Shown piece after piece: positions 50,990 to 63,122 of a stretch of 64,000 nucleotides of DNA (position 1 is the stretch's first letter; every line of letters begins with the position of its first letter). The notes below the pieces were generated by a model that saw nothing but the letters and a program-made list of their open reading frames with translations, was not told where the DNA came from and made no database searches. The DNA is from Candidatus Eiseniibacteriota bacterium (lineage in GTDB: Bacteria > Eisenbacteria > RBG-16-71-46), in NCBI GenBank assembly GCA_038068435.1, contig JBBTLZ010000041.1, positions 142 through 64,141 of the forward strand, read 5' to 3'. Position numbers and translations under genes: made by a program.

Positions 50990-52488
50990 GCGCGGCGCGC
51001 GAGGCCTGGCGTCTCCCGGCCACGGCGCTGGCCGCGCGCGTGCGCGCCGGCGAGCTGAGCGTGGCCGAGGCGGTCGAGTCGGGCTGGGAGGGTCCGGCGG
51101 CGCAGTGGGAGGCCGAGGTCCACGCCGTCGCCCACGCCGATGCCGCCGCCCGCGCCGCGGGGGCCGCGGCCGCACAGCGTGCCCCGCGGCCGGGTCCGCT
51201 GCAGGGCGTGCCGGTGCTGGTGAAGGACAACCTCTGCACCACCGACTTCCCGACCACCTGTGCCTCGCGCGTGCTGGCGGGGTACCGGCCGCCGTACGAC
51301 GCCACCGTCATCCGGCGGTTGCGCGACGCCGGCGCGGTGGTGACGGGCAAGGGCAACATGGACGAGTTCGCGATGGGTTCGTCCACCGAGTACAGCTGCT
51401 ACGGCCCGACCCGCAACCCCTTCGACCTCGAGCGCGTGCCCGGGGGGTCGAGCGGCGGGCCGGCGGCGGCCGTGGCCTACGGGCTGTGCCCGCTGGGCCT
51501 CGGCTCCGACACCGGCGGCTCGGTGCGGCAGCCGGCCGCGTTCTGCGGCGTGTTCGGGCTCAAGCCCACCTACGGCCGGCTGTCGCGCTACGGCCTGGTC
51601 GCGTTCGGCTCGTCGCTCGATCAGGTGGGGATCTTCGCGCGACACGCGGGTGACGCGGCGGCGGCCTACGCCGCGCTCGCGGGGCCCGACCCGCACGACG
51701 CCACGACGCGCCTCTCGCCCGCGCCCGATGTCTGGCGCTGGGAGCACGGTGTGCGCGGGCTCCGCTTCGGGTGGCCGGCCAACCTGTGGCGGGAGGGGGT
51801 GGAGCGCGAGGTGATCGAGGGTCTCGAGGAGGCGGCGGCCTCGCTCGAGCGGGCCGGGGCGCAGCGCGTGCCGTTCGACTTCCTGCCCGGCGGCTACGCG
51901 GTCGCCACCTACTATTTGGTCGCCACCGCCGAGGCCAGCTCCAACCTGGCGCGCTTCGACGGTGTGCGGTACGGGTTCCGGCACGCCGACAGCCCCGACG
52001 TGCGTGCGCTCTACACGCGCACCCGCAGCGCCGGCTTCGGACCCGAGGTGCAGCGCCGCATCCTTCTCGGCACCTACGCGCTCTCGGCCGGCTACTACGA
52101 CGCCTACTATCTCACCGCGCAGCGCGCCCGCACGCGCATCCGGCGCGAGTACCAGGCCGCGTTCATGCGCTGCGATCTCATGATGATGCCGGCCTCGCCG
52201 ACGCTGCCGTTCCGGCTGGGGGAGAAGACCGAGGATCCGCTCGCCATGTACCTGAGCGACATCTTCACCATCGGCGCCAACCTGGCCGGCATCCCGGGCC
52301 TCACCGTCCCAGTCGGCCTCGCCGCCGGGAACGGTCGTCCGCCGCTGCCGCGCGCCGTACAGCTCCTGGGACCCGACGATTCGGAGCCGGTGCTGCTGGC
52401 CGCCGGACGGGCGCTCGAGGTGCGGGGCGACGAGGCGCGGCTCGGGCGGGAACACGAGACGGAGTTCGCATGGCCTACGAAGCAGTGA
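50986..52488 (+). CDS. gatA: Glutamyl-tRNA(Gln) amidotransferase subunit A
   Basis: Amidase signature GGSSGGPAAAVA...GSDTGGSVRQPA. Confidence 0.93.
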   Translation: MSAAREAWRLPATALAARVRAGELSVAEAVESGWEGPAAQWEAEVHAVAHADAAARAAGAAAAQRAPRPGPLQGVPVLVKDNLCTTDFPTTCASRVLAGYRPPYDATVIRRLRDAGAVVTGKGNMDEFAMGSSTEYSCYGPTRNPFDLERVPGGSSGGPAAAVAYGLCPLGLGSDTGGSVRQPAAFCGVFGLKPTYGRLSRYGLVAFGSSLDQVGIFARHAGDAAAAYAALAGPDPHDATTRLSPAPDVWRWEHGVRGLRFGWPANLWREGVEREVIEGLEEAAASLERAGAQRVPFDFLPGGYAVATYYLVATAEASSNLARFDGVRYGFRHADSPDVRALYTRTRSAGFGPEVQRRILLGTYALSAGYYDAYYLTAQRARTRIRREYQAAFMRCDLMMMPASPTLPFRLGEKTEDPLAMYLSDIFTIGANLAGIPGLTVPVGLAAGNGRPPLPRAVQLLGPDDSEPVLLAAGRALEVRGDEARLGREHETEFAWPTKQ

Positions 52489-53927
52489 TCGGCCTGGAGT
52501 GCCACATCCAGCTCAACACCCGCAGCAAGATGTTCTGTGGGTGTCCGGCGGAGTTCGGTGCGGCGCCCAACTCGAACGTGTGCCCGGTGTGCCTGGGGCT
52601 CCCCGGCGCGCTGCCGGTCACCAACCGCGCGGCGGTGGACGCCGCCGTGCGCCTGGGCCTCGCCCTCGGCTGCCAGATCCGGTCCGAGAGCGTGTTCGCG
52701 CGCAAGCACTACTTCTACCCGGACATGCCGAAGAACTACCAGATCACGCAGTACGACCGCCCGCTGTGCGAGGGCGGCGCCCTGCCGGTGCGCATCGGCG
52801 AGGAGACCCGCGCGTTCGAGCTGATCCGCGTGCACGCCGAGGAGGACACCGGCAAGTCCTTCCACCCCGAGCGCTACGGCGATCGCCAGGTGTCGCGGGT
52901 GGACTTCAATCGCGCCGGTGTGCCGCTGCTCGAGCTGGTGACGCGACCGGTGTTCCGCGAGCCGCCCGAGTGCGCGGCGTTCCTGGTCGCGCTGCGGCGG
53001 CTGGTGCGCTGGCTGGGGATCTCGGACGGCGACATGGAGAAGGGGCAGCTGCGCTGTGACGCCAACGTGAGCATCCGGCCGGTCGGGGACGAGGCGTTCG
53101 GCACCAAGACCGAGCTCAAGAACCTCAACTCGATCAAGGGCGTCGAGAAGGGCCTCACCGCGGAGATCGCCCGCCAGCACAAGGTGGTCGGATCCGGTGG
53201 CACCATCGAGCAGGCGACGCTCCTCTACGACGCCGACCACGACAAGCTGGCGATCATGCGCTCGAAGGAGTACGCACACGACTACCGCTACTTCCCGGAG
53301 CCCGATCTGCCGCTGCTGCGCGTGGACGCGGCGTGGCTGGCCACCGCGCGCGAGCGGCTGCCGGAGTTGCCGTGGGCGCGCGCCGAGCGGTTCGTGAGCC
53401 GCTACGGGCTGCCGGCCTACGATGCCGGGATCCTCTGCGACCAGCGCGAGCTGGCGGACTACTACGAGACGATGGCCGCGCGCGTGGACGGCAAGCTCGC
53501 CAGCAACTGGGTGATGACCGAGGTGCTGCGGGTGCTCAAGGAGCGGGACGGGTCGCTGGCCGACTGGAGCGCGCGTGTCCCGGCCGAGCGGCTCGCAGGG
53601 TTGCTGTCGCGCGTCGCCTCGCGGGAGCTGCCGGGCCCGCTCGCCAAGCAGGTGTTCGGGTGGATGGTGGACGAGCCGGGTGATGTGGACGAGCTGCTCG
53701 GGCGCCACGAGGTCAAGGTCAGGTCGTCCAACGAGGACCTGGCCCCGCTCGTGCAAGCGGCCATCGACGAGAACCCCGGCCCGGTAGCCCAGTACCTCGG
53801 GGGCAAGACCGCCACGCTCGGTTTCCTCGTCGGGCAGGTGATGAAGAAGAGCGGGGGACAGGCGGTCCCGCAGACCGTCAAGGAGCTGCTCGAAGCCGAG
53901 CTGGCGAAGCGCTCCCCCGCGCGCTGA
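52470..53927 (+). CDS. gatB: Asp/Glu-tRNA amidotransferase subunit B
   Basis: MAYEAVIGLECHIQL...CGCPAEFG...CPVCLG. ATG in frame within track ORF 51771..53927. Confidence 0.92.
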   Translation: MAYEAVIGLECHIQLNTRSKMFCGCPAEFGAAPNSNVCPVCLGLPGALPVTNRAAVDAAVRLGLALGCQIRSESVFARKHYFYPDMPKNYQITQYDRPLCEGGALPVRIGEETRAFELIRVHAEEDTGKSFHPERYGDRQVSRVDFNRAGVPLLELVTRPVFREPPECAAFLVALRRLVRWLGISDGDMEKGQLRCDANVSIRPVGDEAFGTKTELKNLNSIKGVEKGLTAEIARQHKVVGSGGTIEQATLLYDADHDKLAIMRSKEYAHDYRYFPEPDLPLLRVDAAWLATARERLPELPWARAERFVSRYGLPAYDAGILCDQRELADYYETMAARVDGKLASNWVMTEVLRVLKERDGSLADWSARVPAERLAGLLSRVASRELPGPLAKQVFGWMVDEPGDVDELLGRHEVKVRSSNEDLAPLVQAAIDENPGPVAQYLGGKTATLGFLVGQVMKKSGGQAVPQTVKELLEAELAKRSPAR

Positions 53928-53993
53928 AGGCGGGTACCCGGGCGCGGCGACGCGCGTGCGCACGGCCCGTCGGCGGACGCCCTCCGGGCGCGG

Positions 53994-54019
53994 CGCTCGT
54001 CCTGCGCGCTCGTCCTGCG
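53994..54019 (+). repeat. Tandem direct repeat 2 x 13 bp (CGCTCGTCCTGCG) abutting the purD -35
   Basis: Seen directly in the sequence: ...GGCGCTCGTCCTGCGCGCTCGTCCTGCGCGCTTGACC... Confidence 0.5.
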
Positions 54020-54022
54020 CGC

Positions 54023-54051
54023 TTGACCCCCCTCGGGTCGGTGGCTAGAGT
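54023..54051 (+). promoter_or_regulatory. Candidate promoter TTGACC-N17-TAGAGT for purD (predicts a leaderless or short-leader mRNA)
   Basis: The -10 ends about 7 nt before the GTG at about 54059, which matches the conserved PurD N-terminus. Confidence 0.35.
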
Positions 54052-54058
54052 GGCGCCC

Positions 54059-55390
54059 GTGGGCGGCAGCCATCGCATCCTGATCGTGGGGGGTGGGGGG
54101 CGCGAGCACGCGCTCGCGTGGCGGCTGAGCCGCGACCCGGACGTGGAGAGGGTGACGGTGGCGCCCGGGAACGACGGCATCGCCCGTTCGTTCCGCTGTC
54201 ATCCCGTGCGCGAGTCGGACGCCGCCGCTCTCCTCGATCTCTGTCGCGCCGAGCGCGTCACCCTCGCGGTCATCGGTCCCGAGGCGCCGCTGGCCGCCGG
54301 CCTTGCCGACTCCCTCCGCGCCACCGGTGTCGCGACCTATGGCCCCGGCCGCGAGGCGGCTCAGCTCGAGGCGAGCAAGTGGACCGCGAAGCAGGTGATG
54401 GAGGAGGCCGGGGTCCCCACCGCGCGCGCCCGCGCGTTCGATTCGGTCGCCGCCGCGCGCGCCGCGCTCGACGCGTTCGGCCCCCCCTGGGTGATCAAGG
54501 CGGACGGCCTGGCCTCCGGCAAGGGCGTGCTCGTGACCGACACCCGCGACGAGGCGGAACGGTTCCTCGTGGCGTGTCTCGAGCAGGATCGCTTCGGCGG
54601 GGCCGGCCGGCGCGTGATCCTCGAGGAGTTCCTTCGCGGCCAGGAAGCCTCGCTGATGGCGGTGTGCGACGGGGAGCGATTCGTGCTCCTGCCCGCGGCG
54701 CGGGACTACAAGCGCGCCTACGACGGCGACCGCGGTCCGAACACCGGCGGGATGGGCGCCTGCGCGCCGAGCCCGGGCGTGGACGCCTCACTCGAAGGCG
54801 TCGTCGGGGAACGGATCGTCCGGCCGGTGCTCGAGGCGATGGCGCGAGGTGGCACGCCCTACCGCGGCACGCTCTACGCCGGCCTCATGCTCACCGCGGA
54901 TGGCCCCAGGGTGGTCGAGTTCAACTGCCGCTTCGGCGATCCCGAGACCCAGGTTGTGCTGCCGCTCATCGAGGGTTCGTTCGCCCGTCTGCTCGCGGGC
55001 GCGGCGACCGGGCGGCTGGAGGCGGCGACGGTCGGGCGTGGCGAGGGCGCGGCGGTCTCGGTGGCAATCGTGGACGAGGGCTACCCCGTGTCGGTTGCGG
55101 GTGGCGGCACGGTGGAGGGCCTCGACGCCTTGATGCGACGCGAGGACCTGATGGTCTTCCACGCCGGTATCGCGCACACGGGCGCGACCTGGCAGTTGGT
55201 CGGCGGACGCGCGCTCCACGTGGTGGCGCGCGCTGCGGCCCGCGAGGACGCGCGCGCGCGGGTCTATGACGGCCTCGCGTCGCTGGGCGGGCGTGGTTGG
55301 CGCTGCCGCTCGGACATCGCGGCCACGCCGGGGGCGGAGGCCGTCCCGGGGCGGGCGCACGCGGGAGCGGCGGAGGGCGGGCGGGCGTGA
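54059..55390 (+). CDS. purD: Phosphoribosylamine--glycine ligase
   Basis: HRILIVGGGGREHALAW... ATP-grasp. The start is chosen among GTG 54041/54050/54059 by N-terminal conservation. Confidence 0.85.
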   Translation: MGGSHRILIVGGGGREHALAWRLSRDPDVERVTVAPGNDGIARSFRCHPVRESDAAALLDLCRAERVTLAVIGPEAPLAAGLADSLRATGVATYGPGREAAQLEASKWTAKQVMEEAGVPTARARAFDSVAAARAALDAFGPPWVIKADGLASGKGVLVTDTRDEAERFLVACLEQDRFGGAGRRVILEEFLRGQEASLMAVCDGERFVLLPAARDYKRAYDGDRGPNTGGMGACAPSPGVDASLEGVVGERIVRPVLEAMARGGTPYRGTLYAGLMLTADGPRVVEFNCRFGDPETQVVLPLIEGSFARLLAGAATGRLEAATVGRGEGAAVSVAIVDEGYPVSVAGGGTVEGLDALMRREDLMVFHAGIAHTGATWQLVGGRALHVVARAAAREDARARVYDGLASLGGRGWRCRSDIAATPGAEAVPGRAHAGAAEGGRA

Positions 55391-56037
55391 ACGTGATGAA
55401 GGTGGATCCGGAGAACCCGGACGAGAGCGTGTTGCTCGAGGCCGCCGAGGCGGTGCTGCGGGGCGGTGTCATCGCCTTCCCGACCGACACCCTCTACGGG
55501 CTCGGCTGCTCGCTGTTCGACGTCTCGGCGGTCGAGATGGTGGCGCGGCTCAAGCGTCGCGATCCGTCGCTGGCCGTCATCTCGCTCATCCCCGAGCCGC
55601 GGCAGGTCTACGGGCTGGCCCGGGACGTGAGCGAGGTCGCCCAACGCCTGATGACGCGGTTCTGGCCTGGGCCCCTGTCGCTCATCTTCCAGGCCGCAGC
55701 GATCGTGCCGGCGCGGGTCCGCGGCGCGGGCGGGACGGTGGCGTTGCGCTGCCCTCGGGACACGCTCTGCCAGCGCCTGCTCGACCGCATCGGCGGGCCC
55801 GTGGTTTCGAGCAGCGCGAACCTGTCGGGTCAACGGCCGGCCCAGACCGCCGAAGAGGTCGTGCGCATCTTCGGCAACCAGCTCGATCTGGTGATCGACG
55901 GCGGGCCGCGCCACGGCGGCCTGTCGTCGACGCTGGTGGACGTCAGCGGCCCGCGCCCGCGCCTGCTGCGACGCGGCGTCATCGAGTGGTCGGCGGACCT
56001 CGGCGATTTCGAGGACGCGACCGGGGGCGCTGATTGA
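55387..56037 (+). CDS. tsaC: L-threonylcarbamoyladenylate synthase (TsaC/YrdC domain)
   Basis: VIAFPTDTLYGLGC...SSANLSG. GTGA overlap with purD. Confidence 0.85.
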   Translation: MNVMKVDPENPDESVLLEAAEAVLRGGVIAFPTDTLYGLGCSLFDVSAVEMVARLKRRDPSLAVISLIPEPRQVYGLARDVSEVAQRLMTRFWPGPLSLIFQAAAIVPARVRGAGGTVALRCPRDTLCQRLLDRIGGPVVSSSANLSGQRPAQTAEEVVRIFGNQLDLVIDGGPRHGGLSSTLVDVSGPRPRLLRRGVIEWSADLGDFEDATGGAD

Positions 56038-56070
56038 CGACCCCCGGCACCGCATTTATCCTTGAGGCGC

Positions 56071-56562
56071 ATGTCTCCCGCCGATCCGGTCTTCCGCGTC
56101 CTGCTGGTCTGTACCGGGAACACCTGCCGCAGTCCGATGGCGGCGGGGGCACTGCACAGGGCGCTCGGGACGGACGTCGACCGCATCCGGGTCGAATCGG
56201 CGGGCACCGCCGCCTGGGAGGGTCAGCCGGCCACCGAGCCATCGCTTGGTGTGGCGGCGCACGCGGGGGTGGACCTGGGCGGGCACCGCTCGCGCCGGGT
56301 GACGCCCGCGATGGTGCGCGCGGCGGATATCGTGCTGGTGATGGAGCGCGGGCATCTGGCCGCGGTGCGGGCACTCGGTGCGGACCCCGACCACACGCAC
56401 GTGCTGAGCGAATGGCCGGCCCCGGGGGAGCCGGGGTTGGAGATCAGCGACCCGTTCGGGGCCTCGAACGAGGCCTACGAGGAGTGCTGGCGCCGCATCC
56501 AGCATCATCTCGAGCGGGTGCTGCCCATCATACGAGACGCGTCACGCGCACGCTCGACCTGA
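56071..56562 (+). CDS. Low-molecular-weight protein-tyrosine phosphatase (or ArsC-type LMW-PTP fold)
   Basis: P-loop VLLVCTGNTCRSPMAAG (CX5R). ATG 56071 is preferred over TTG 56062. Confidence 0.8.
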   Translation: MSPADPVFRVLLVCTGNTCRSPMAAGALHRALGTDVDRIRVESAGTAAWEGQPATEPSLGVAAHAGVDLGGHRSRRVTPAMVRAADIVLVMERGHLAAVRALGADPDHTHVLSEWPAPGEPGLEISDPFGASNEAYEECWRRIQHHLERVLPIIRDASRARST

Positions 56563-56596
56563 GCCGCCGGGCGCACCGATCCCTTCAGCGAGGTGG

Positions 56597-57562
56597 ATGA
56601 TGGCTCTCACCAAGGTGAGCAAGATCTGGATGAACGGGAAGTGGGTGCCGTGGGACGACGCGAAGATCCACATCCTCTCCCACGTCGCGCACTACGCCTC
56701 CAGCGTGTTCGAGGGCATCCGCTGCTACGACACCAAGCGTGGCCCCGCCATCTTCCGGCTCGACGAACACATGGACCGGCTCATGTACTCCGCCCGCATC
56801 TACCGGATGGAGCTGCCGTTCACGCGCGACCAGATCCGTCAGGTGTGCCTCGATGTGGTGGCGATCAACGACCTGAAGCAGTGCTACCTCCGCCCGCTCG
56901 TCTACCGCGGCTACGAGAACCTGGGTGTCAACCCGTTCGGCTCGCCGGTCGAGGTGGCGGTCGCTGCGTTCCCGTGGGGCCAGTACCTGGGTGATGACGC
57001 GCTCACCAAGGGGGTCGCGGTCAAGATCAGCTCGTGGTGGCGGATCTCGCCCAACACCCTTCCCGCGATGGCGAAGGCGTCGGCGAACTACATGAACTCG
57101 CAGCTCATGAAGATGGAAGCACTCGTGGACGGCTACGACGAAGCGGTGGCCCTCGACGTGCACGGGTTCGTGAGCGAGGGGAGCGGCCAGAACCTCTTCG
57201 CGGTGGTGAAGGGCGACCTCCTGACCCCGCCGCTCCACAGCAGCGTGCTGGCCGGGATCACCCGCGACTCGGTGATGACGCTGGCGCGCGAGCTGGGCTA
57301 CCGGGTGCGCGAGGAGGTCATGCCGCGCGAGATGCTCTACATCGCCGACGAGGTGTTCCTGGCCGGCACCGCGGTGGAGGTCACGCCGGTGCACTCGGTG
57401 GACCGGATCGCGGTGGGCGACGGCAAGCCCGGCAAGGTGACGCGCGCCATCCAGGAGGCGTTCTTCGGTCTGGTGCGCGGCCAGCAGCCCGACCGCCACG
57501 GCTGGCTCACCGCGGTGCCGCAGCCGGCGACCGCGTCGGGCGCGGTTGCGCGGCGGCCCTAG
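56597..57562 (+). CDS. ilvE: Branched-chain-amino-acid aminotransferase
   Basis: PLP fold-type IV family; full-length match. Confidence 0.9.
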   Translation: MMALTKVSKIWMNGKWVPWDDAKIHILSHVAHYASSVFEGIRCYDTKRGPAIFRLDEHMDRLMYSARIYRMELPFTRDQIRQVCLDVVAINDLKQCYLRPLVYRGYENLGVNPFGSPVEVAVAAFPWGQYLGDDALTKGVAVKISSWWRISPNTLPAMAKASANYMNSQLMKMEALVDGYDEAVALDVHGFVSEGSGQNLFAVVKGDLLTPPLHSSVLAGITRDSVMTLARELGYRVREEVMPREMLYIADEVFLAGTAVEVTPVHSVDRIAVGDGKPGKVTRAIQEAFFGLVRGQQPDRHGWLTAVPQPATASGAVARRP

Positions 57563-57566
57563 GCGG

Positions 57567-58027
57567 ATGCGCGTCGCCATCGGCGCCGATCACGCCGGCT
57601 ACCCGCTCAAGGAGCGGCTCAAGCACGAGCTGGCGCGGCTCGGTCATGAGGTCGCGGATGTGGGCACCCACGCGCCCGAGCCGCCCGTGGACTACCCCGA
57701 CTTCTGCTTCCCGGTCGCCGAGCGCGTGGCCGATGGCCGCGCGGACCGTGGCATCGTGCTGGGCGGGAGCGGGATCGGCGAGGCGATCGCGGCCAACAAG
57801 GTCGCCGGCGTGCGCGCCGTGGTGGTCACCAGCGACGAGACCGCGCGGCTCACGCGCCTCCACAACGACTCGAACGTGCTGGCCCTGGGTGGGCGCACGA
57901 ATGCTCCCGAGGACGCCGTCCGCTGGCTGTCCATCTGGCTCGAGACGCCCTTCGAAGGTGGACGGCACCTGCCGCGGCTCAAGAAGATCGCCGACTACGA
58001 GAGTGCCCACCATCCGGCCCGCCCGAG

Positions 58028-58031
<4 letters not shown>
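57567..58031 (+). CDS. rpiB: Ribose-5-phosphate isomerase B
   Basis: [16 protein letters not shown]...[18 protein letters not shown]... RpiB/LacAB family. Confidence 0.88.
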
Positions 58032-59287
<1,256 letters not shown>

Positions 59288-59468
59288 GACCCCGGTCGCG
59301 CCGTACGCGCGCCGGCGTGTCGCCCTGCCGAAGCCTGCCGCAGGCGTCCCCGGTGCGTCGGGGCTCCCGGGCCGTGCGCCGCGCGGCGCCCAGCGTGGAA
59401 GTTGCACGGCGGTGGTCGGCCGCGCTCTGAAATCGCGTTCAAGCCGCCCGGGGATCGGCTGCGGCGCA

Positions 59469-59975
59469 ATGGGTTACGGGAAGAGCCCAGGTGTCCCCGG
59501 TGGCACCGAATCTGCTCTCCACACCCGGACCCGGCCCAGTCCCCCGACCCTCGAAGGCACCGTGCTCGACTCTCCCTTCATCTGGCTGCTCGCCATCCGG
59601 CTCCCCTCGCTCTTCACCGGCCGGGCGCTCCATCGCGCCGCGCTCCACGCCACCGCGGCCGGAGCGTCTCCCGCCGCCGAGGCGCTCTTCGAGCGGGCCG
59701 CGGAGCATTACCGGATGGAGCTCGAGGTCGAGGCGCTGGCGCGCCTGCGCGTCCACCAGCTCATCGCCCGGGTGCGCGCGTCGCGCGATCCCCGCCGCGA
59801 CGCCGCGATGTGCCTCGAGGTCGAGCAGCGGCTCACCCGGCTCGCGCGGATCGAATCCCTGGTCGCACCGTTCGAGCTGGTGCCGGCGAGCCGGCTGCTC
59901 GCCAGCTGCGTGCTCGACCCGCTGAATCACGCACCCGCGGCGGGTGCGCCGGGCGCGATCCACGAAGCGGCCTGA
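59469..59975 (+). CDS. Hypothetical protein (about 168 aa), Arg/Ala-rich
   Basis: In-frame ATG within track ORF 59232..59975. No recognisable motif. Start uncertain. Confidence 0.3.
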   Translation: MGYGKSPGVPGGTESALHTRTRPSPPTLEGTVLDSPFIWLLAIRLPSLFTGRALHRAALHATAAGASPAAEALFERAAEHYRMELEVEALARLRVHQLIARVRASRDPRRDAAMCLEVEQRLTRLARIESLVAPFELVPASRLLASCVLDPLNHAPAAGAPGAIHEAA

Positions 59976-60071
59976 CCTTCCCGCGCCACCGCGCGCCGCG
60001 GTCGCCGGGCGGCCGGACGCCGCCGGTCCGCGCGCCGGGCTCCATCCTCGACGCCTCCCGCCCGGCCACGA

Positions 60072-60100
60072 TTGGCCGCCGCACGGGGCTTCGCTATACT
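60072..60100 (+). promoter_or_regulatory. Candidate promoter TTGGCC-N17-TATACT for the moxR operon
   Basis: Good -10 TATACT, about 100 nt upstream of the moxR ATG. RBS AGGAAGGAA. Confidence 0.4.
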
Positions 60101-60208
60101 GCCGCAGGCCTTGCGCAGCGTCGCACGGGGTGACCGGCCGCTGAACGATCACGCCGTGCGGCTCGCGGGCGCGTCCGCCTGCCTCCATCCGGCACGAGGA
60201 AGGAACCC

Positions 60209-61194
<986 letters not shown>

Positions 61195-61195
<1 letters not shown>

Positions 61196-62079
61196 TGCAG
61201 ACCGCGGAGCTGCTGCGCAAGGTCCGCCGACTCGAGATTCGCAGCCGCCATCTGGTCGAGGATCTGTTCGCCGGCCACGCCGAGAGCGTCTTCAAGGGAC
61301 GCGGGATGGAGTTCGAGGAGGTCCGTCCCTACGTCCCCGGCGACGAGGTGCGCGACATCGACTGGAACGTCACCGCGCGCCTGGGGCATCCCTACGTCAA
61401 GCGGTTCGTCGAGGAGCGCGAGCTCACCGTGCTGCTGGTGCTCGACGTCTCGCGCTCGATGCGCTTCGGCACCGCCGGGCAGGAGAAGCGCGAGCTCGCC
61501 GCCGAACTGTGCGCGGTGCTGGGCTTCGCCGCTCTTCGCCACGACGACCACGTGGGGCTGGTGCTCGCGGGCGAGCGGGTCGAGCACTTCGTGCCGCCGG
61601 CGCGCGGGCGCAGCCACGTGCTGCGGCTGCTGCGCGACGTGCTCGACGCCACCCCGCGAGCGGGCGGGACACGGCTCGGAGAGGCGGCGCGCTTCGTGCT
61701 CCGCACTACCCACCGGCGCAGCGTGGTGTTCTGGATCTCCGATTTCGAGGACACCCTCGACCCGCGCGACTGGCGGGTCCTCGCGCGCCGTCACGAGCTG
61801 ACCGCCCTGATCACCCGCGACCCGCGCGACGAGGCGCTGCCGGCGGTGGGCTGGGTCGAGGTCGAGGACCTGGAGAGCGGTGAGCGGCGGCTGGTGAACA
61901 CCTCGAGCCGCCGCGCGCGCGAGGCCTACCACGCCCGGGCGCGCGAGCAGCGGCGTCTCGCCGAGCAGGCCCTCAAGCGCGCGCGGGTGCCGATGGTCGA
62001 GGTGCGCACGGATCGCTCGTACCTGCCGGTGTTGCTGCGCTTCTTCGCCGCGCGCCGGCGGGGGCGGAGCGCGGCATGA
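61195..62079 (+). CDS. DUF58 protein (vWA-fold partner of MoxR)
   Basis: LLVLDVSRSM (MIDAS-like DxSxS) and the DUF58 family N-terminus. TGATG coupling to moxR. Confidence 0.85.
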
Positions 62080-63122
62080 GGGTGGCGGCGCGATCGCGGC
62101 TCGCCGTCGTCGCGCTGGCGATGACCGGGCTCGGCACCGCCCCGGCGCCGTGGGCCGCCACCGCGGCGCCCCCGGCGACGACGGTCGCGTCGCCGCTGCA
62201 CACCTCGCGACAGCCCTACCGCGTCCGCGTCGGCGTGCGTCCCGGGGTGGTCGAGCTCGGCCAGCAGGTCGCCTACCGCGCCGGCGTGACCGATGGTGGG
62301 GAGGGGACGATCCGCCTGCTACCGCCCGAGTCGGAGGGGGCCTTCACGTGGGGGACGCCGAGGGTCTACAGGCGGCAGGGCTGGCGCCGCCGGCCCGAAC
62401 GCCAGCCGTACGCGCGCTACCGGGTCTGGAGCCTCGACACGATGGGGATCGAGGTGCCGCTCCAGGCGTTCGCGCTCGGGCGGCTCTCGATCCCGGGACT
62501 GCGCCTCGAGATCGACGACGGCCGCGGGCCACGCATCGTCCGGCTGCCGACGGTGACACTGACGGTCGTGCCCGTGCTCTCGGCGGCAGACAGCAACGCC
62601 GATTTCCGCGCCGTCCACGGCCCGCTCGCGGCGCCGTGGTGGGAGCGCGTGCCCTGGACGTGGGTGATCCTGGGGTTGCTGGGTGTGGCGGCAATCGTCG
62701 CGCTGATGGTGTGGCGGCGCCGGCGCCGCCGCGCTCCCGCCGCCGCGCCCGTCACCCGGCCGGAGGCCCGCGACCCGCTGGTCGAGGCGCTGGCGGCGCT
62801 GGCGGCCCTGCGCGGACTGAACCTCCCCGAGCACGGCCGCTTCGCGGAGCACGCGTTCCGGCTCGGTCAGATCCTGAGGCGCTATCTCGAGGCGGTGACG
62901 AGGACCACCCGGCCCGGTGACACCACGCCGGAGCTGGTCGCCCATCTCCGCCAGGCGGGGCTCGAGCCGGACGACCTGGCGCTTCTCTCGGGTCTCCTGC
63001 GCGCCTGGGACCAGGTCAAGTTCGCGCGCGAGCCGTTCACGCTCGACGAAGCGATCCGCGCCGAGCGCGCGACCGAGGACTTCCTGCGCCGGCCGGCGGC
63101 GGCGGCGGAGAAGGCGGCCTGA
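62076..63122 (+). CDS. Hypothetical membrane protein (signal peptide, central TM helix followed by poly-Arg, cytoplasmic C-terminal domain); a Bat-operon third-gene-like position
   Basis: ATGA overlap with the upstream gene. TM PWTWVILGLLGVAAIVALMVW-RRRRRR. Conserved position between DUF58 and the VWA gene. Confidence 0.6.
   Translation: MRVAARSRLAVVALAMTGLGTAPAPWAATAAPPATTVASPLHTSRQPYRVRVGVRPGVVELGQQVAYRAGVTDGGEGTIRLLPPESEGAFTWGTPRVYRRQGWRRRPERQPYARYRVWSLDTMGIEVPLQAFALGRLSIPGLRLEIDDGRGPRIVRLPTVTLTVVPVLSAADSNADFRAVHGPLAAPWWERVPWTWVILGLLGVAAIVALMVWRRRRRRAPAAAPVTRPEARDPLVEALAALAALRGLNLPEHGRFAEHAFRLGQILRRYLEAVTRTTRPGDTTPELVAHLRQAGLEPDDLALLSGLLRAWDQVKFAREPFTLDEAIRAERATEDFLRRPAAAAEKAA

Noticed and set aside
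51771-52469. N-terminal extension of the gatB ORF
   Set aside because: It overlaps gatA. The GatB conserved N-terminus (MAYEAVIGLECH) begins at 52470.
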